Positions 24,291-33,689 of a DNA stretch of 44,791 nucleotides are shown one piece after another. The position numbers were made by a program, and so were the translations under genes. Location: contig CAYUKX010000002.1 in the NCBI GenBank assembly GCA_964445405.1, positions 1-44,791 of the forward strand, given 5' to 3'. The notes under the pieces are model-generated. The model did not search any database, was not told where the DNA came from, and was given only the letters and a program-made list of their open reading frames with translations. The DNA is from an uncultured Candidatus Saccharibacteria bacterium. GTDB taxonomy: Bacteria; Patescibacteriota; Dojkabacteria; J137. How positions within the stretch are numbered: position 1 is the first letter of the stretch; each line of letters starts with the position of its first letter.

Positions 24291-25457
24291 TTAGTTTTTT
24301 CGTCGGTATTTAGTTCCTATTAAATTTGCGACTATATCTTCTCCTATTTGAAATCTAAAAGTGATTATTGCAATTAAAATAAATATAAATCCTATAAATA
24401 CCAACCCTATACCATCGCCTAACGCTGTGTTTGGTAGAGCGTTGTTATTAGTAGAATTTGCTGTATTTGATGTTGGTATTGCACAAGAGTGTTTTGATAA
24501 TAATGCAAATGTGTTGGTGTTGCCTGTGGTGTTGCTTGTATTATAAGTTACAGTTGTACTAGAATTTGTTCCATTCTGAAATGTAGATAATTTTTCTTTA
24601 GGAATTTTAAGTTCATAAGTAACTGTTTTAGTTTGATTCGCAGTATAAGTTCTAGCAGCCGAACTTTCTGCCCACGTAATTTTATTACCAGCAGTAGTAC
24701 CAGTGTTGCTTACATTTAAAGGGGTAATTCCATTCGTAACTAATGTATTGTCAAATGTTTCTTCAACTTTTGTTATAGTTCCACTAACGGTGCTTATATT
24801 TGTAATACTAATTGTATACTTTATTAATGCATCACCTGAAGTTTCGCATGTGGCTGCGTAAGAGTTAGTAATTCTAAATTGTGGCTCAGCTAGCTGAGTT
24901 GTACCATTATTCGTATTATTATTTGTCCCAGTATTATTACCGGTATTCGAGTTTGTGTTTCCAGTCTGTGGAAATGAAGCAGGGAATGAGGCAGGAAAAG
25001 ATACTGGCGCAGTTGTTCCTGTGCAAGCAGTATTAAATTTTTTTATTGTAGTTCCGCATGCTCCTAGGGAATTTACACCAGATGTTTCAAGCTCTAAATA
25101 CATTTGAACCGTACCGCAAGTGACACCACCTAAATAGCTATTAAGGTTAACTGATCCACCTGAAGCAACTGGACTAATTGGAATTTCGATTGGATTACTT
25201 GAAATACATTTTTCATTGTCACGCTTTAATTCATTACAAAAGTGAATGTAAACTTTTGATGGATTACATACCCCTGACGGTATTGTACATGTGTTAGTAG
25301 TATTATTGCAGTTTGCAAGTATTGGATTTGTTTGTGCTCCTGTTTGACTTTGTAGGTTATTGTTATTAATCACTGAGCTGATTAATATACTTACCCCAGC
25401 CAATACTACAGTGGCAATAATAAGAATTGCGATTAGCAGTTTTCTATTCTTAGTCAT
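24291..25457 (-). CDS. Surface protein paralogous at both termini to the 776-aa protein; N/T-rich linker and DUF11-like domain
   Basis: I prefer the start at Met15 of the tracked ORF because MTKNRKLLIAILIIATVVLAGVSI parallels MSNRKKITLAILIFLTVILAGVSI next door. A DUF11-like pattern is present (GDALIKYTISITN.S..SGTITKVEETFD...KITW). The C-terminus is LPNTALGDG + TM + basic tail. Confidence 0.75.
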   Translation of the reverse strand: MTKNRKLLIAILIIATVVLAGVSILISSVINNNNLQSQTGAQTNPILANCNNTTNTCTIPSGVCNPSKVYIHFCNELKRDNEKCISSNPIEIPISPVASGGSVNLNSYLGGVTCGTVQMYLELETSGVNSLGACGTTIKKFNTACTGTTAPVSFPASFPASFPQTGNTNSNTGNNTGTNNNTNNGTTQLAEPQFRITNSYAATCETSGDALIKYTISITNISTVSGTITKVEETFDNTLVTNGITPLNVSNTGTTAGNKITWAESSAARTYTANQTKTVTYELKIPKEKLSTFQNGTNSSTTVTYNTSNTTGNTNTFALLSKHSCAIPTSNTANSTNNNALPNTALGDGIGLVFIGFIFILIAIITFRFQIGEDIVANLIGTKYRRKN

Positions 25458-25619
25458 TATTTTATGTTTAAACTCAACATAGTATTGCAGAAATTGCATT
25501 GAGTGTCAAAGCTCATTAAATACTGCTACAAAGGATTACACAGCCTATTTCAAATCAAAATTTGTAAATTGGGCTAAAACCGTATTTATTGTTAAAATTA
25601 CTTAATTTAAGTAATCAAA

Positions 25620-26375
25620 ATGTTAAAAATAGAAAATTTAAAAGTAACTTTGGCAGATGGTAACAAAGAAATTATCCATGGATTAAACCTTGAAATTAAC
25701 CCGGGACAAGTTCATTTACTTAATGGTAATAACGGATCAGGTAAAAGTACCTTGGTTAATACTTTAATGGGGAATCCAATGTTTAATATAACTGCAGGCC
25801 AAATCTCCATAAGAGATGAAGTTTATACTGATTTTATATTGAGTAAAATTGATCCTGAATTTATTATGGGTAACGGATTTAATTTAACAGATATGGATGC
25901 TGATCAAAGATCATTATTAGGTATCTTTTTAGCAAACCAATATCCTGTAGAAATACCTGGAGTGGCTTTAACTAACTATTTAAGGTTAATTTTTAACTCT
26001 AGGTTGCCTAAGGAAGAGCAGATAAGTGTATTTAGATTTAAAAAACTACTAGAAGAAAAAGCCAACCTAATTAATTATCCTGTGCATTTACTTTCCAGAA
26101 ATTTAAATGAAGGATTTTCAGGTGGAGAAAAAAAGAAAACAGAAATATTACAAATGCTGTTATTAGAACCAAGGTACGTGCTTTTGGACGAAATTGACTC
26201 AGGTTTAGATAAGAATTCTGTAAAAGAGGTCTTTGAAGGTATTGCTAAATTTAAGCTAGCTAACCCTAAAAGTGCATTGGTAATTATTACGCATTACGAT
26301 AAAGTATTGGATTATTTATCTCCAGACTTTACTCACGAAATGCAGGGCGGGAACTTAATTAAATCAAATACTTGA
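25620..26375 (+). CDS. sufC: Fe-S cluster assembly ATPase SufC
   Basis: It has GNNGSGKSTL (Walker A), FLANQYPVEIPGV, NEGFSGGEKKKTEILQMLLLEP, LLDEIDSGLD and IITHY, which together make a typical SufC layout. Confidence 0.85.
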   Translation: MLKIENLKVTLADGNKEIIHGLNLEINPGQVHLLNGNNGSGKSTLVNTLMGNPMFNITAGQISIRDEVYTDFILSKIDPEFIMGNGFNLTDMDADQRSLLGIFLANQYPVEIPGVALTNYLRLIFNSRLPKEEQISVFRFKKLLEEKANLINYPVHLLSRNLNEGFSGGEKKKTEILQMLLLEPRYVLLDEIDSGLDKNSVKEVFEGIAKFKLANPKSALVIITHYDKVLDYLSPDFTHEMQGGNLIKSNT

Positions 26376-26469
26376 TTTGAGTATTAATGGACTCTATACT
26401 ATTTTTAGCACTTTAAGCTAAATGCTTACCCATAAAAATGGGAAATATTAATTTTTTTACTGTTTCTAT

Positions 26470-27786
26470 ATGATGGCACCTCGAAAGAAAGAAATGCCAA
26501 CCGGAGACTCTATGATAGAGGAGTCACCATTACTGGCATCAAGACCAGTACGATCAAGTACTGTAGACCCTGCAAAACTAGATAGGACTAGATTTACCGA
26601 AATCAGAGATATGGAAAATGAAGGTAACTCTCTAAGGATTATAATCTTTATTGCAGTTATTATTGTAATCGGAGTAGCAGCTGCATTGGTAGTTCGTAAT
26701 TCAGTTATGAATTCGAATTCAACTAGCAACGATACTGATACAACAGCCAATACAACTACAGAAACTAAGCCAAGCGCTTATGTAGTTTCGGTTGCTCCAT
26801 TATCAGATTCTTCAGCAGTTAATGTTGTAAAGAATGCTGATTACGTTGATTCAGCCATTGTTACATTGGGAGATTCAACTGCAACTGCAGAACAAACCTC
26901 CTTGGATAAGATCTCTTATTTAAGATATGCAACTTTTGCTAGATTAACATTTGATTTAAATACTTCAGATAAAAAATTACCTAAAACAACTGTTAATTTT
27001 GATTCTGTTGGAAACAAATTAACTGTAGCTTTCGAAACTTTAGGTAGTGTTGCTGATTCTTTAAAAGAAGATAAAACAATAGGAGATATTGTTTCAGAAG
27101 TTAGATATGTAAGTACAAATAATAGTTACGTTGTAATGTTTAAAGATGGAGTTAAGTATTCAGTTAAAAAAGATGGTGATAATTTAGTTTTTGACTTTAA
27201 AACAAATACTGAATTAGCTAAACCAGAAACAACTACTACTACCACCACACCAACAACAACTACTACAACTACACCAACAACAACTACTACAACTACAACA
27301 TCAACAGCTGATAAGCCAAAGGCTCCTCACTTTGATAATGAATTCTCACAGAATAAACAATATGTTGTAAGTTCAGTAACAGATAATAAACTTGCGCATA
27401 ATGTTTACTACTTTGATAACTACGGTAGCTCATATGAATTTTCATGGGCACAAACTGGAGTAATTGGAGATACTAATGTTCCAAACGCAGTAGCTTATTA
27501 CGATACAGCAACAGCAGGCAAAACATACTTAATTGTTGAAGTTTCTAACTTAACTCAAGAAGTTATGACTGCAAATAATAAAACTAGTCTTACACTAGAT
27601 GATATTGCTGCAAAAACTGGAGCAACAACAGCTGGTTCAACACTTGTTAAGATTGAGTTGCTATCATTTGAAAATGGCACAGCAAAATATAAGTTAGAGC
27701 TAAGCAAAAAAACAGATTATAAATTATGGGTTGATAAAACTCCTGATAATGCTACAGGTACAGTAAGTGTAACTATAAAGAACTAA
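26470..27786 (+). CDS. Membrane-anchored extracytoplasmic protein with Thr/Pro linker, unknown function
   Basis: A cytoplasmic N-terminus is followed by one TM (IIIFIAVIIVIGVAAALVV) and two soluble regions. The regions are joined by ETTTTTTTPTTTTTTTPTTTTTTTTST. Confidence 0.65.
   Translation: MMAPRKKEMPTGDSMIEESPLLASRPVRSSTVDPAKLDRTRFTEIRDMENEGNSLRIIIFIAVIIVIGVAAALVVRNSVMNSNSTSNDTDTTANTTTETKPSAYVVSVAPLSDSSAVNVVKNADYVDSAIVTLGDSTATAEQTSLDKISYLRYATFARLTFDLNTSDKKLPKTTVNFDSVGNKLTVAFETLGSVADSLKEDKTIGDIVSEVRYVSTNNSYVVMFKDGVKYSVKKDGDNLVFDFKTNTELAKPETTTTTTTPTTTTTTTPTTTTTTTTSTADKPKAPHFDNEFSQNKQYVVSSVTDNKLAHNVYYFDNYGSSYEFSWAQTGVIGDTNVPNAVAYYDTATAGKTYLIVEVSNLTQEVMTANNKTSLTLDDIAAKTGATTAGSTLVKIELLSFENGTAKYKLELSKKTDYKLWVDKTPDNATGTVSVTIKN
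27250..27297 (+). repeat. Perfect 24-nt tandem duplication inside the Thr/Pro linker
   Basis: CCAACAACAACTACTACAACTACA occurs twice back to back (27250-27273 and 27274-27297). Each copy encodes PTTTTTTT. Confidence 0.9.
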
Positions 27787-27802
27787 ACTTTATACAGATA
27801 TT

Positions 27803-27829
27803 AAAAAGGGGATCAATTGATCCCCTTTT
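27803..27829. terminator. Bidirectional intrinsic terminator (perfect palindrome)
   Basis: AAAAAGGGGATCAATTGATCCCCTTTT lies between convergent genes. Confidence 0.8.
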
Positions 27830-27847
27830 CTATATTAAGGTTTTGTA

Positions 27848-29794
27848 TTAATCGAATAACTTTGCGTGAAGTTCTTTAGCTTGAGTGTCGTTTAAATTTA
27901 CATAACTAACTCTTACCGTGTATTTAATATTAGTATCTGATTTAAACTGGTCAATTAAACTCCAAGCCCATAGGTTTAATCCAACTGGTTCAAGTTTATT
28001 AATTATAAAAGAATTAATATCTGCATTCTGATCCACAACTATATTTGAATCTAAAGTTACAATTTTTTGAGTTACCTCCATTGTAGAAGTTTTGACTTTA
28101 TTGTTTACAATTGAATCAATTAAATCAATATTTAATTCTGCAACTGAAGCTTCGGAGAACTCATTTGTATTAGTAATATAAATAACTCCTGCAATTGTAT
28201 TTTCAATTCTAATTTGCCAGCAAGTTAATGGGTGTGCCGATTTAGGAGCATCGCCATCTTTTACATACTCAATTTTGTCTATACCTAAATGTCTTAACAG
28301 GCTTTCGACTTTAGATTTAATGTAGTTAATATCTTTGTTGGCAATTAACATTCCTAATGAGTTTATTTCTGTGTACTGTTCTTCTTTTTTTCCAAAGATT
28401 TTCCCTATTTCAAATAATTCAATCGGATTTATATTATTTTTAATATATGTTTGTACTTGACCTAAAAGGCTTACTGCAATTGATTGTCTTAAGTAAGGTA
28501 CTTCTTCGTTTATTGAATTGGTAACCTTAACAGGTTGCCAGTTTATAAATCTAGTTAAATCATTACTTTTTTCGTCTACAAGTACCCACGATCTAACTTC
28601 GTCTAAGCCATTTGCTGCTAAGTATTCGGTAATATCTTCCATTAAGTAAATTCTTGATGGAGTTATGTCTTTAACTACTTGTGTAGTTAAATAATTTGAA
28701 GGAATATTATTAAAGCCCTTCATTCTTATAATTTCTTCAAATACATCTTGTTGAGATTCAATATCTAGTCTATTAATTGGTCTTAATACTGTAACCGAAT
28801 TATTTTGATCTTGTTTAATAACAAAACCTAAGTTTGTTAAATATTCTTTAGATTCTGTATAAGTTATTGGTATTCCAGCAACTTGTTGAACTTTATCAAG
28901 GTCAACATTAATTTCAATCTCTGGAGTAATTTGAATATATTCATCGAATAGTTCAGATTCAACAGTTCCACCACAGTTTTCCAGAATTAGGCTTACTAAC
29001 CATTCAAAAGCCTGAGGTAGAGAATTAGGATCCATGAATTTTTCTAATCTAGTTCCAGCTTCTGTAACTATTTTTAAGTCTCTAGAATTTCTTCTAACAA
29101 CTGTTCCATTGTAAACAGCCATTTCTAGTACAACCTTTTTTGTTGTGTTACTTACAGCGTCATCTTTACCACCTATAAAGCTTAAAGAAAGGGGTTTATG
29201 ACCGTCAGTAATTAGTAAGCTATCTTTTTTAAGCACAACTTCTTCCCCATTTAGGGTAGTCAGTTTTCTATATTTATCATTTGCTAACTCCCATACCAAA
29301 TTGTCACCAACCAATTCAGAATCAAATACATGAGATGCATGTCCAGTTTCTAGCATTACGTAGTTTGTTAAATCTACAATATTATTAATTGTGTTAATTC
29401 CGTATAACTCTAAATATTTTTTTAGCCATTCTGGAGATTCCTTGATTTCAAGGTCAATCATTTTAATTGCTTGAACGCGTTTTACAGCTTCTTTTGCTTG
29501 TATTGTAATTGGTAATTTATAAGTGTTGCCAACAAACTTAATATTATATTCTGGATACTTTAAAGGGATTTTGTAATAAGCCGATAGCTCTCTTGCCAAG
29601 CCTAATACGCCTAAAGAATCAGCTCTGTTTTGCCTTACTTCTAGGTCTAAAAAGTAATCTTTTTGTCCGTTATATTCAACCTCTATAAATTTATCCAACA
29701 TGAATCCAGTTAATGTAAATACATCAGCAACTTCTTTTGCTGTAGCTGTTAAACCTGGCAGGTACTTTCTTAACTGGGAGTAGAGAACTTTCAT
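27848..29794 (-). CDS. pheT: Phenylalanine--tRNA ligase beta subunit (short form lacking the N-terminal OB-fold tRNA-binding domain)
   Basis: MKVLYSQLRKYLPGL..AKEVADVFTLTGFMLD (B1) runs directly into DLEVRQNRADSLGVLGLARE. B3/4, B5 and FDX-ACB-like regions follow. The protein is 648 aa. Confidence 0.85.
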   Translation of the reverse strand: MKVLYSQLRKYLPGLTATAKEVADVFTLTGFMLDKFIEVEYNGQKDYFLDLEVRQNRADSLGVLGLARELSAYYKIPLKYPEYNIKFVGNTYKLPITIQAKEAVKRVQAIKMIDLEIKESPEWLKKYLELYGINTINNIVDLTNYVMLETGHASHVFDSELVGDNLVWELANDKYRKLTTLNGEEVVLKKDSLLITDGHKPLSLSFIGGKDDAVSNTTKKVVLEMAVYNGTVVRRNSRDLKIVTEAGTRLEKFMDPNSLPQAFEWLVSLILENCGGTVESELFDEYIQITPEIEINVDLDKVQQVAGIPITYTESKEYLTNLGFVIKQDQNNSVTVLRPINRLDIESQQDVFEEIIRMKGFNNIPSNYLTTQVVKDITPSRIYLMEDITEYLAANGLDEVRSWVLVDEKSNDLTRFINWQPVKVTNSINEEVPYLRQSIAVSLLGQVQTYIKNNINPIELFEIGKIFGKKEEQYTEINSLGMLIANKDINYIKSKVESLLRHLGIDKIEYVKDGDAPKSAHPLTCWQIRIENTIAGVIYITNTNEFSEASVAELNIDLIDSIVNNKVKTSTMEVTQKIVTLDSNIVVDQNADINSFIINKLEPVGLNLWAWSLIDQFKSDTNIKYTVRVSYVNLNDTQAKELHAKLFD

Positions 29795-29796
29795 AT

Positions 29797-30555
29797 TTAT
29801 TTATGTAATTTGCCAACTAAACTTAATATTATACCTTTTGATTTTAACCTTTGTTCAGTAATAATTTCAAACCAATCAAGGTTTATTTGTAACATTTTAA
29901 GTAATTCTTGGGTCTCCATTACAATATTGTTGCTACTTTGAATAGGATTTTCAATCAAATATTTTTGTCCCTTTGCAATCTTTGCCGATACTACTTCGCC
30001 AACAAGTTCAATATTTCGTGCAAGGTCTTCTTTTGCAATATAGCCAGCTAACTGATTACAGTAATAAATATTATCAGGGGTTAAAGGCTGACTAGTAAGG
30101 GCATTCGTATTGATTGATCCAATACTCCCTGTATGCCAAATCGCTTTTAAAAGGAATGCGTTTGTAGTTAGTAGTATATTTTCACTAAAATTACTTAGCG
30201 AATCAAAGAATATTGAATATAAATCTTTATCTTTATTATTTTCGTAGCAAAGTTTATCTATTACTTCACAAAATAACTGAATAATTAACATTCCCAAATT
30301 ATCTTTCTTCCATGGGATAAACTCGTTTATGGCTTTTATTTCGGTAATTATAGGTAACTGGTAGCCTTCAACAGCATTAATAAAAACCTGATTACATAGT
30401 TCAATTGAATGGGATTTTCGGCTGGTGCTTTTTTTAGCACCTTTAGCCAAAAATGTATTCTTTGAGCCCTCTAAATCAATAAGGTTAATGATTTTATCCG
30501 ATTGCCCAGAACTATAAATTCTATAGATTATTCCTTTAGTGTTATTTGAACGCAT
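29797..30555 (-). CDS. recO: DNA repair protein RecO
   Basis: The N-terminal OB-fold pattern is GIIYRIYSSGQSDKIINLIDLEGSKNTFLAKGAKKSTSRKS. Size and operon position are consistent. Sequence is divergent. Confidence 0.6.
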   Translation of the reverse strand: MRSNNTKGIIYRIYSSGQSDKIINLIDLEGSKNTFLAKGAKKSTSRKSHSIELCNQVFINAVEGYQLPIITEIKAINEFIPWKKDNLGMLIIQLFCEVIDKLCYENNKDKDLYSIFFDSLSNFSENILLTTNAFLLKAIWHTGSIGSINTNALTSQPLTPDNIYYCNQLAGYIAKEDLARNIELVGEVVSAKIAKGQKYLIENPIQSSNNIVMETQELLKMLQINLDWFEIITEQRLKSKGIILSLVGKLHK

Positions 30556-30649
30556 ATGCTTTTGATTCTAGCACCGATACTTAATTTTATAATGATTTAC
30601 TTTTTTGATAGATTAAATAATAATGTAATGTAATAAAGTTTTCAAAGTT

Positions 30650-31447
30650 ATGGATCAATTGCCTAGAAATATAGAAACCAAAACAAGTCCTTTTGCCTTG
30701 CCTAAATCGACGACAAATTCAATTCAGAATAAACGGGTTAAAACAATGGTTTATTCTACTAACAGGGAAAGTAACTTCTTTTATATTGCTGTAGGTATTT
30801 TTGTAATAGCGGCTACGGGAGCAATTATTTACGTTCTTATATCGCTTTCTCAGTTACAAAAGCAATCCAATGTTACAAATAATAATACAACTACACCTAT
30901 AGTGTCTTATCCTACAACTGTCGAAGTTAAAGATACAGAAACTATTCAAACGCCATGGGCTTTAAGGGAGGTTAAGATTAATAACAATGTTGCATGGAGT
31001 CTGCAACTTCCGTCTTCATTTATAGAAACTACAGCAGGTGTGGCTGATGGTGTAACTGAGTACTCTGGTTCCGAATCTGGTGCAGAATATAAATTACAAT
31101 TATCATTTCCATTATTCACTAATTACCCAGCAGGAGAGCCAGTAGATCTTAAGGCTTGGATTCAAAAAGAACTGGAATTTTTAAAACCTGAGGATTCACT
31201 AAATGTAAAATCCGAAAGCTTTACTTTAAGTAATAATGTTCAGGCAACTTTGCTTTTAAATATGAACGAAGTTACTGCAGATAGTGGTAATGCAAGGATC
31301 TTTGGGAGTAAGAAAAGTTTAGTGCTTTATATAAGTAAAACAAAAACAAGAAACTTTAGTAAGATAACACTTATTCCACAAGGCACTTACAGCGAAGAAA
31401 CTGCAATGGCAATAATGGAAAGAATTGCTTCGACAATTAAATTCTAG
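30650..31447 (+). CDS. Membrane-anchored hypothetical protein
   Basis: It has a single TM (FFYIAVGIFVIAATGAIIYVLISL) followed by a ~190-aa ectodomain. I recognise no motif. Confidence 0.55.
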   Translation: MDQLPRNIETKTSPFALPKSTTNSIQNKRVKTMVYSTNRESNFFYIAVGIFVIAATGAIIYVLISLSQLQKQSNVTNNNTTTPIVSYPTTVEVKDTETIQTPWALREVKINNNVAWSLQLPSSFIETTAGVADGVTEYSGSESGAEYKLQLSFPLFTNYPAGEPVDLKAWIQKELEFLKPEDSLNVKSESFTLSNNVQATLLLNMNEVTADSGNARIFGSKKSLVLYISKTKTRNFSKITLIPQGTYSEETAMAIMERIASTIKF

Positions 31448-31467
31448 GCAGTTTTTAAGCTGCCTAG
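31444..31467. terminator. Hairpin between convergent genes
   Basis: CTAGGCAG-(8 nt)-CTGCCTAG overlaps the TAG stop of the plus-strand gene. Confidence 0.55.
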
Positions 31468-31474
31468 AACAAAT

Positions 31475-31780
31475 TTAAACTTTAGGCATTACGTAAAAGT
31501 CTTCGGCATCTTCAATTTTATGAATTAGCTCAATACCTACTTTTGAATCAATTAAGCCATTTTTAATTTTATCTTCCACGATTTCTATTCGTGCTCTTCT
31601 AAAAGCATCAAGTAGTTCTGTTGATTCCACACCTAAATAGTCGGCTGCTTTTTCGATTGTATTTGTAGGGTTCTCTTGAGCCGCTACTGCGTAAAGTGGT
31701 AAAACTGATGATACTGCTGCAGTTGCTGCAACGGCTGTTGTTACGATAATTTGTCTTTTTCTCATATATTTAAAGTTCAA
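31475..31780 (-). CDS. Small secreted hypothetical protein
   Basis: A signal-peptide-like N-terminus (IIVTTAVAATAAVSSVLPLYAVAAQ) is present in a 101-aa protein. Confidence 0.5.
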   Translation of the reverse strand: MNFKYMRKRQIIVTTAVAATAAVSSVLPLYAVAAQENPTNTIEKAADYLGVESTELLDAFRRARIEIVEDKIKNGLIDSKVGIELIHKIEDAEDFYVMPKV

Positions 31781-31914
31781 AAATAAACTTTTTGGAAGGT
31801 AGCCTTTGTATTTTTACATTTAAGTAATTCCTGATAGTCTCAGGTAGAATAAAGTTACATTCTTCCATTAATTAAATATTAGGGAATTTCTGTGAAGAAT
31901 ATATGAAGATTCTA

Positions 31915-33021
31915 TTAAATTTCAAGAATAAAACTGACGCCTTTATGAGGATTATTTTTTGCTTCAATTTCCCCACCCAGAACTTCTACGATCTCCTTTA
32001 CAATAGCTAAACCCAAACCTAGCCCACCTGTTGTCCTGTTCCTTGATTTTTCAACTCTATAAAATCGCTCAAAAATCTTTTTTATATCTGCTTCGGGAAT
32101 GCCTACACCATTATCACTGATTGTTATTCGGTTATTATGATTGCTTACTAATATTTGGTTCCCTTTTGAGTATTTAATTGCATTGTCAATTATATTTATA
32201 AAAACCCTTTGTAATAAGTACTTATCGGTACTAATGGTTAATTGTTTATCTACGTTATTACTTAGTTTTATATTATTCTTAAAAGACTTTTGTTCCATGC
32301 TTTTAGTCACTTCTTCAATTAAATTATAAATATTTACATCTTCTATTTTTTTATCAGGCAGTTTGGTTCTTAATTTTGTATATTCATATAGCATATCTAT
32401 TAAGCTATTTAGTCTTTGAACCTCCTCAAGTGTACTATTTAGTCTTTTTTCATCTGCGTCAAACACACCGTCTATCATGCCTTGAATTTGCCCGTTTATT
32501 GATGTAATTGGTGTTTTAAGCTCATGTGCTACATCAGAAATTAAATCTTTACGTAATGTTTCTTGGTATTCCAATTCACCAGCTAGATCGTTAAATTCTT
32601 CGATTACTTGGTCAAATTCACTTTCTCCGGTTTTAATTAACTTATTTTTAAATTTGCTTCGCTTTAGATTTGCTATGCCTAATCTAAGTTCTCGTAAGGG
32701 TTGTGTAATAATTATAGAGAAAATGACTCCTGCAATTAAGGACATTAGTAGGCCTAAAGCTCCGGCAAAGAATAGAGTATTAAACAAAGAATCATTAAAT
32801 TGTTTTCTTATAACTTCTACCGGCGCAACTGGGGACTGTTTTACCAAAAAAAGATTTCCATCAATAAACCTTATTGTTGCGCTCTGAAACTCGCTCTGAG
32901 CGGTGGTAATTGCAAAAATGCTAATATAGGCAAGCACTATGCCAGTAATTAAAAAAATACCTGCAAATATTTTAACTGAGGTTTTAGAAGTAAATTTTTT
33001 AATACTTGATTTTATGTTCAT
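31915..33021 (-). CDS. Sensor histidine kinase (TM-ectoloop-TM, HAMP, HisKA, HATPase_c)
   Basis: H-box is SDVAHELKTPIT. N/G boxes are DNAIKYS, DNGVGIP and GGLGLGLAIVKEIVE. It overlaps the regulator gene by 4 nt. Confidence 0.88.
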   Translation of the reverse strand: MNIKSSIKKFTSKTSVKIFAGIFLITGIVLAYISIFAITTAQSEFQSATIRFIDGNLFLVKQSPVAPVEVIRKQFNDSLFNTLFFAGALGLLMSLIAGVIFSIIITQPLRELRLGIANLKRSKFKNKLIKTGESEFDQVIEEFNDLAGELEYQETLRKDLISDVAHELKTPITSINGQIQGMIDGVFDADEKRLNSTLEEVQRLNSLIDMLYEYTKLRTKLPDKKIEDVNIYNLIEEVTKSMEQKSFKNNIKLSNNVDKQLTISTDKYLLQRVFINIIDNAIKYSKGNQILVSNHNNRITISDNGVGIPEADIKKIFERFYRVEKSRNRTTGGLGLGLAIVKEIVEVLGGEIEAKNNPHKGVSFILEI

Positions 33022-33689
33022 AGGCTATCGTTGAATTTGTAACCTTTACCTATAACAGTAAGTATAAATTCAGGTAATTCATTATTGATTTTTAATTTCT
33101 TTCGAATATTTTTAATATGAACATCAACAGTTCTATCTAAAATATCTGAACTACCAAAGTCATTGTAAGCTTTTAAAATGATATTTTCTCTATCAAAAAC
33201 TTTCCCGGGATTTTTAAATAGTGTTACTAGTATATTAAATTCAGTTGTAGTTAACTCAATTGGTTTATCTAACACTTTTACTTGTTGTTTTTCTTCATCT
33301 ATTTGCATGTACTCATTAGAAAGTAATGCGCTATTTGTTCGTTTTATTAGTGCTTTAACTCTTGCAACCAATATTGCAGGATTAAATGGTTTTTTTAGAT
33401 AATCATCAGCACCACATTCAAGGCCAATCAGCTCATCTTGGTCTTCAATTCTTGCTGTTACCATTATTATTGGGATATTTGATTTTGCGCGAATCCTTTT
33501 GCAGACTGTAATTCCATCTATGTTTGGAATGTTAATATCTAGAACGACTAACTCAATATTGAGCTTTTCAAATAAGCTTAAAGCTTTTGCACCTGTTTCT
33601 GCTTCAAATATTGTAAATCCAGCTTTTTTTAAATAAGCTGTTTCTATTTCTCTGATTGAGTTTTCGTCTTCGACAACTAATATATTCAT
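33018..33689 (-). CDS. OmpR/PhoB-family response regulator
   Basis: The receiver reads MNILVVEDE..VVLDINIPNIDG..MVTA. The winged-helix output reads LTTTEFNILVTLFKNPGKVF..VDVHIKNIRKK..TVIGKGYKF. Confidence 0.92.
   Translation of the reverse strand: MNILVVEDENSIREIETAYLKKAGFTIFEAETGAKALSLFEKLNIELVVLDINIPNIDGITVCKRIRAKSNIPIIMVTARIEDQDELIGLECGADDYLKKPFNPAILVARVKALIKRTNSALLSNEYMQIDEEKQQVKVLDKPIELTTTEFNILVTLFKNPGKVFDRENIILKAYNDFGSSDILDRTVDVHIKNIRKKLKINNELPEFILTVIGKGYKFNDSL

Noticed and set aside
25458-25499. The tracked ORF has an N-terminal extension MQFLQYYVEFKHKI.
   Set aside because: The extension precedes a Met that aligns exactly with the start of the neighbouring paralog, and it is not signal-like. 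It is probably untranslated, although this is unproven.
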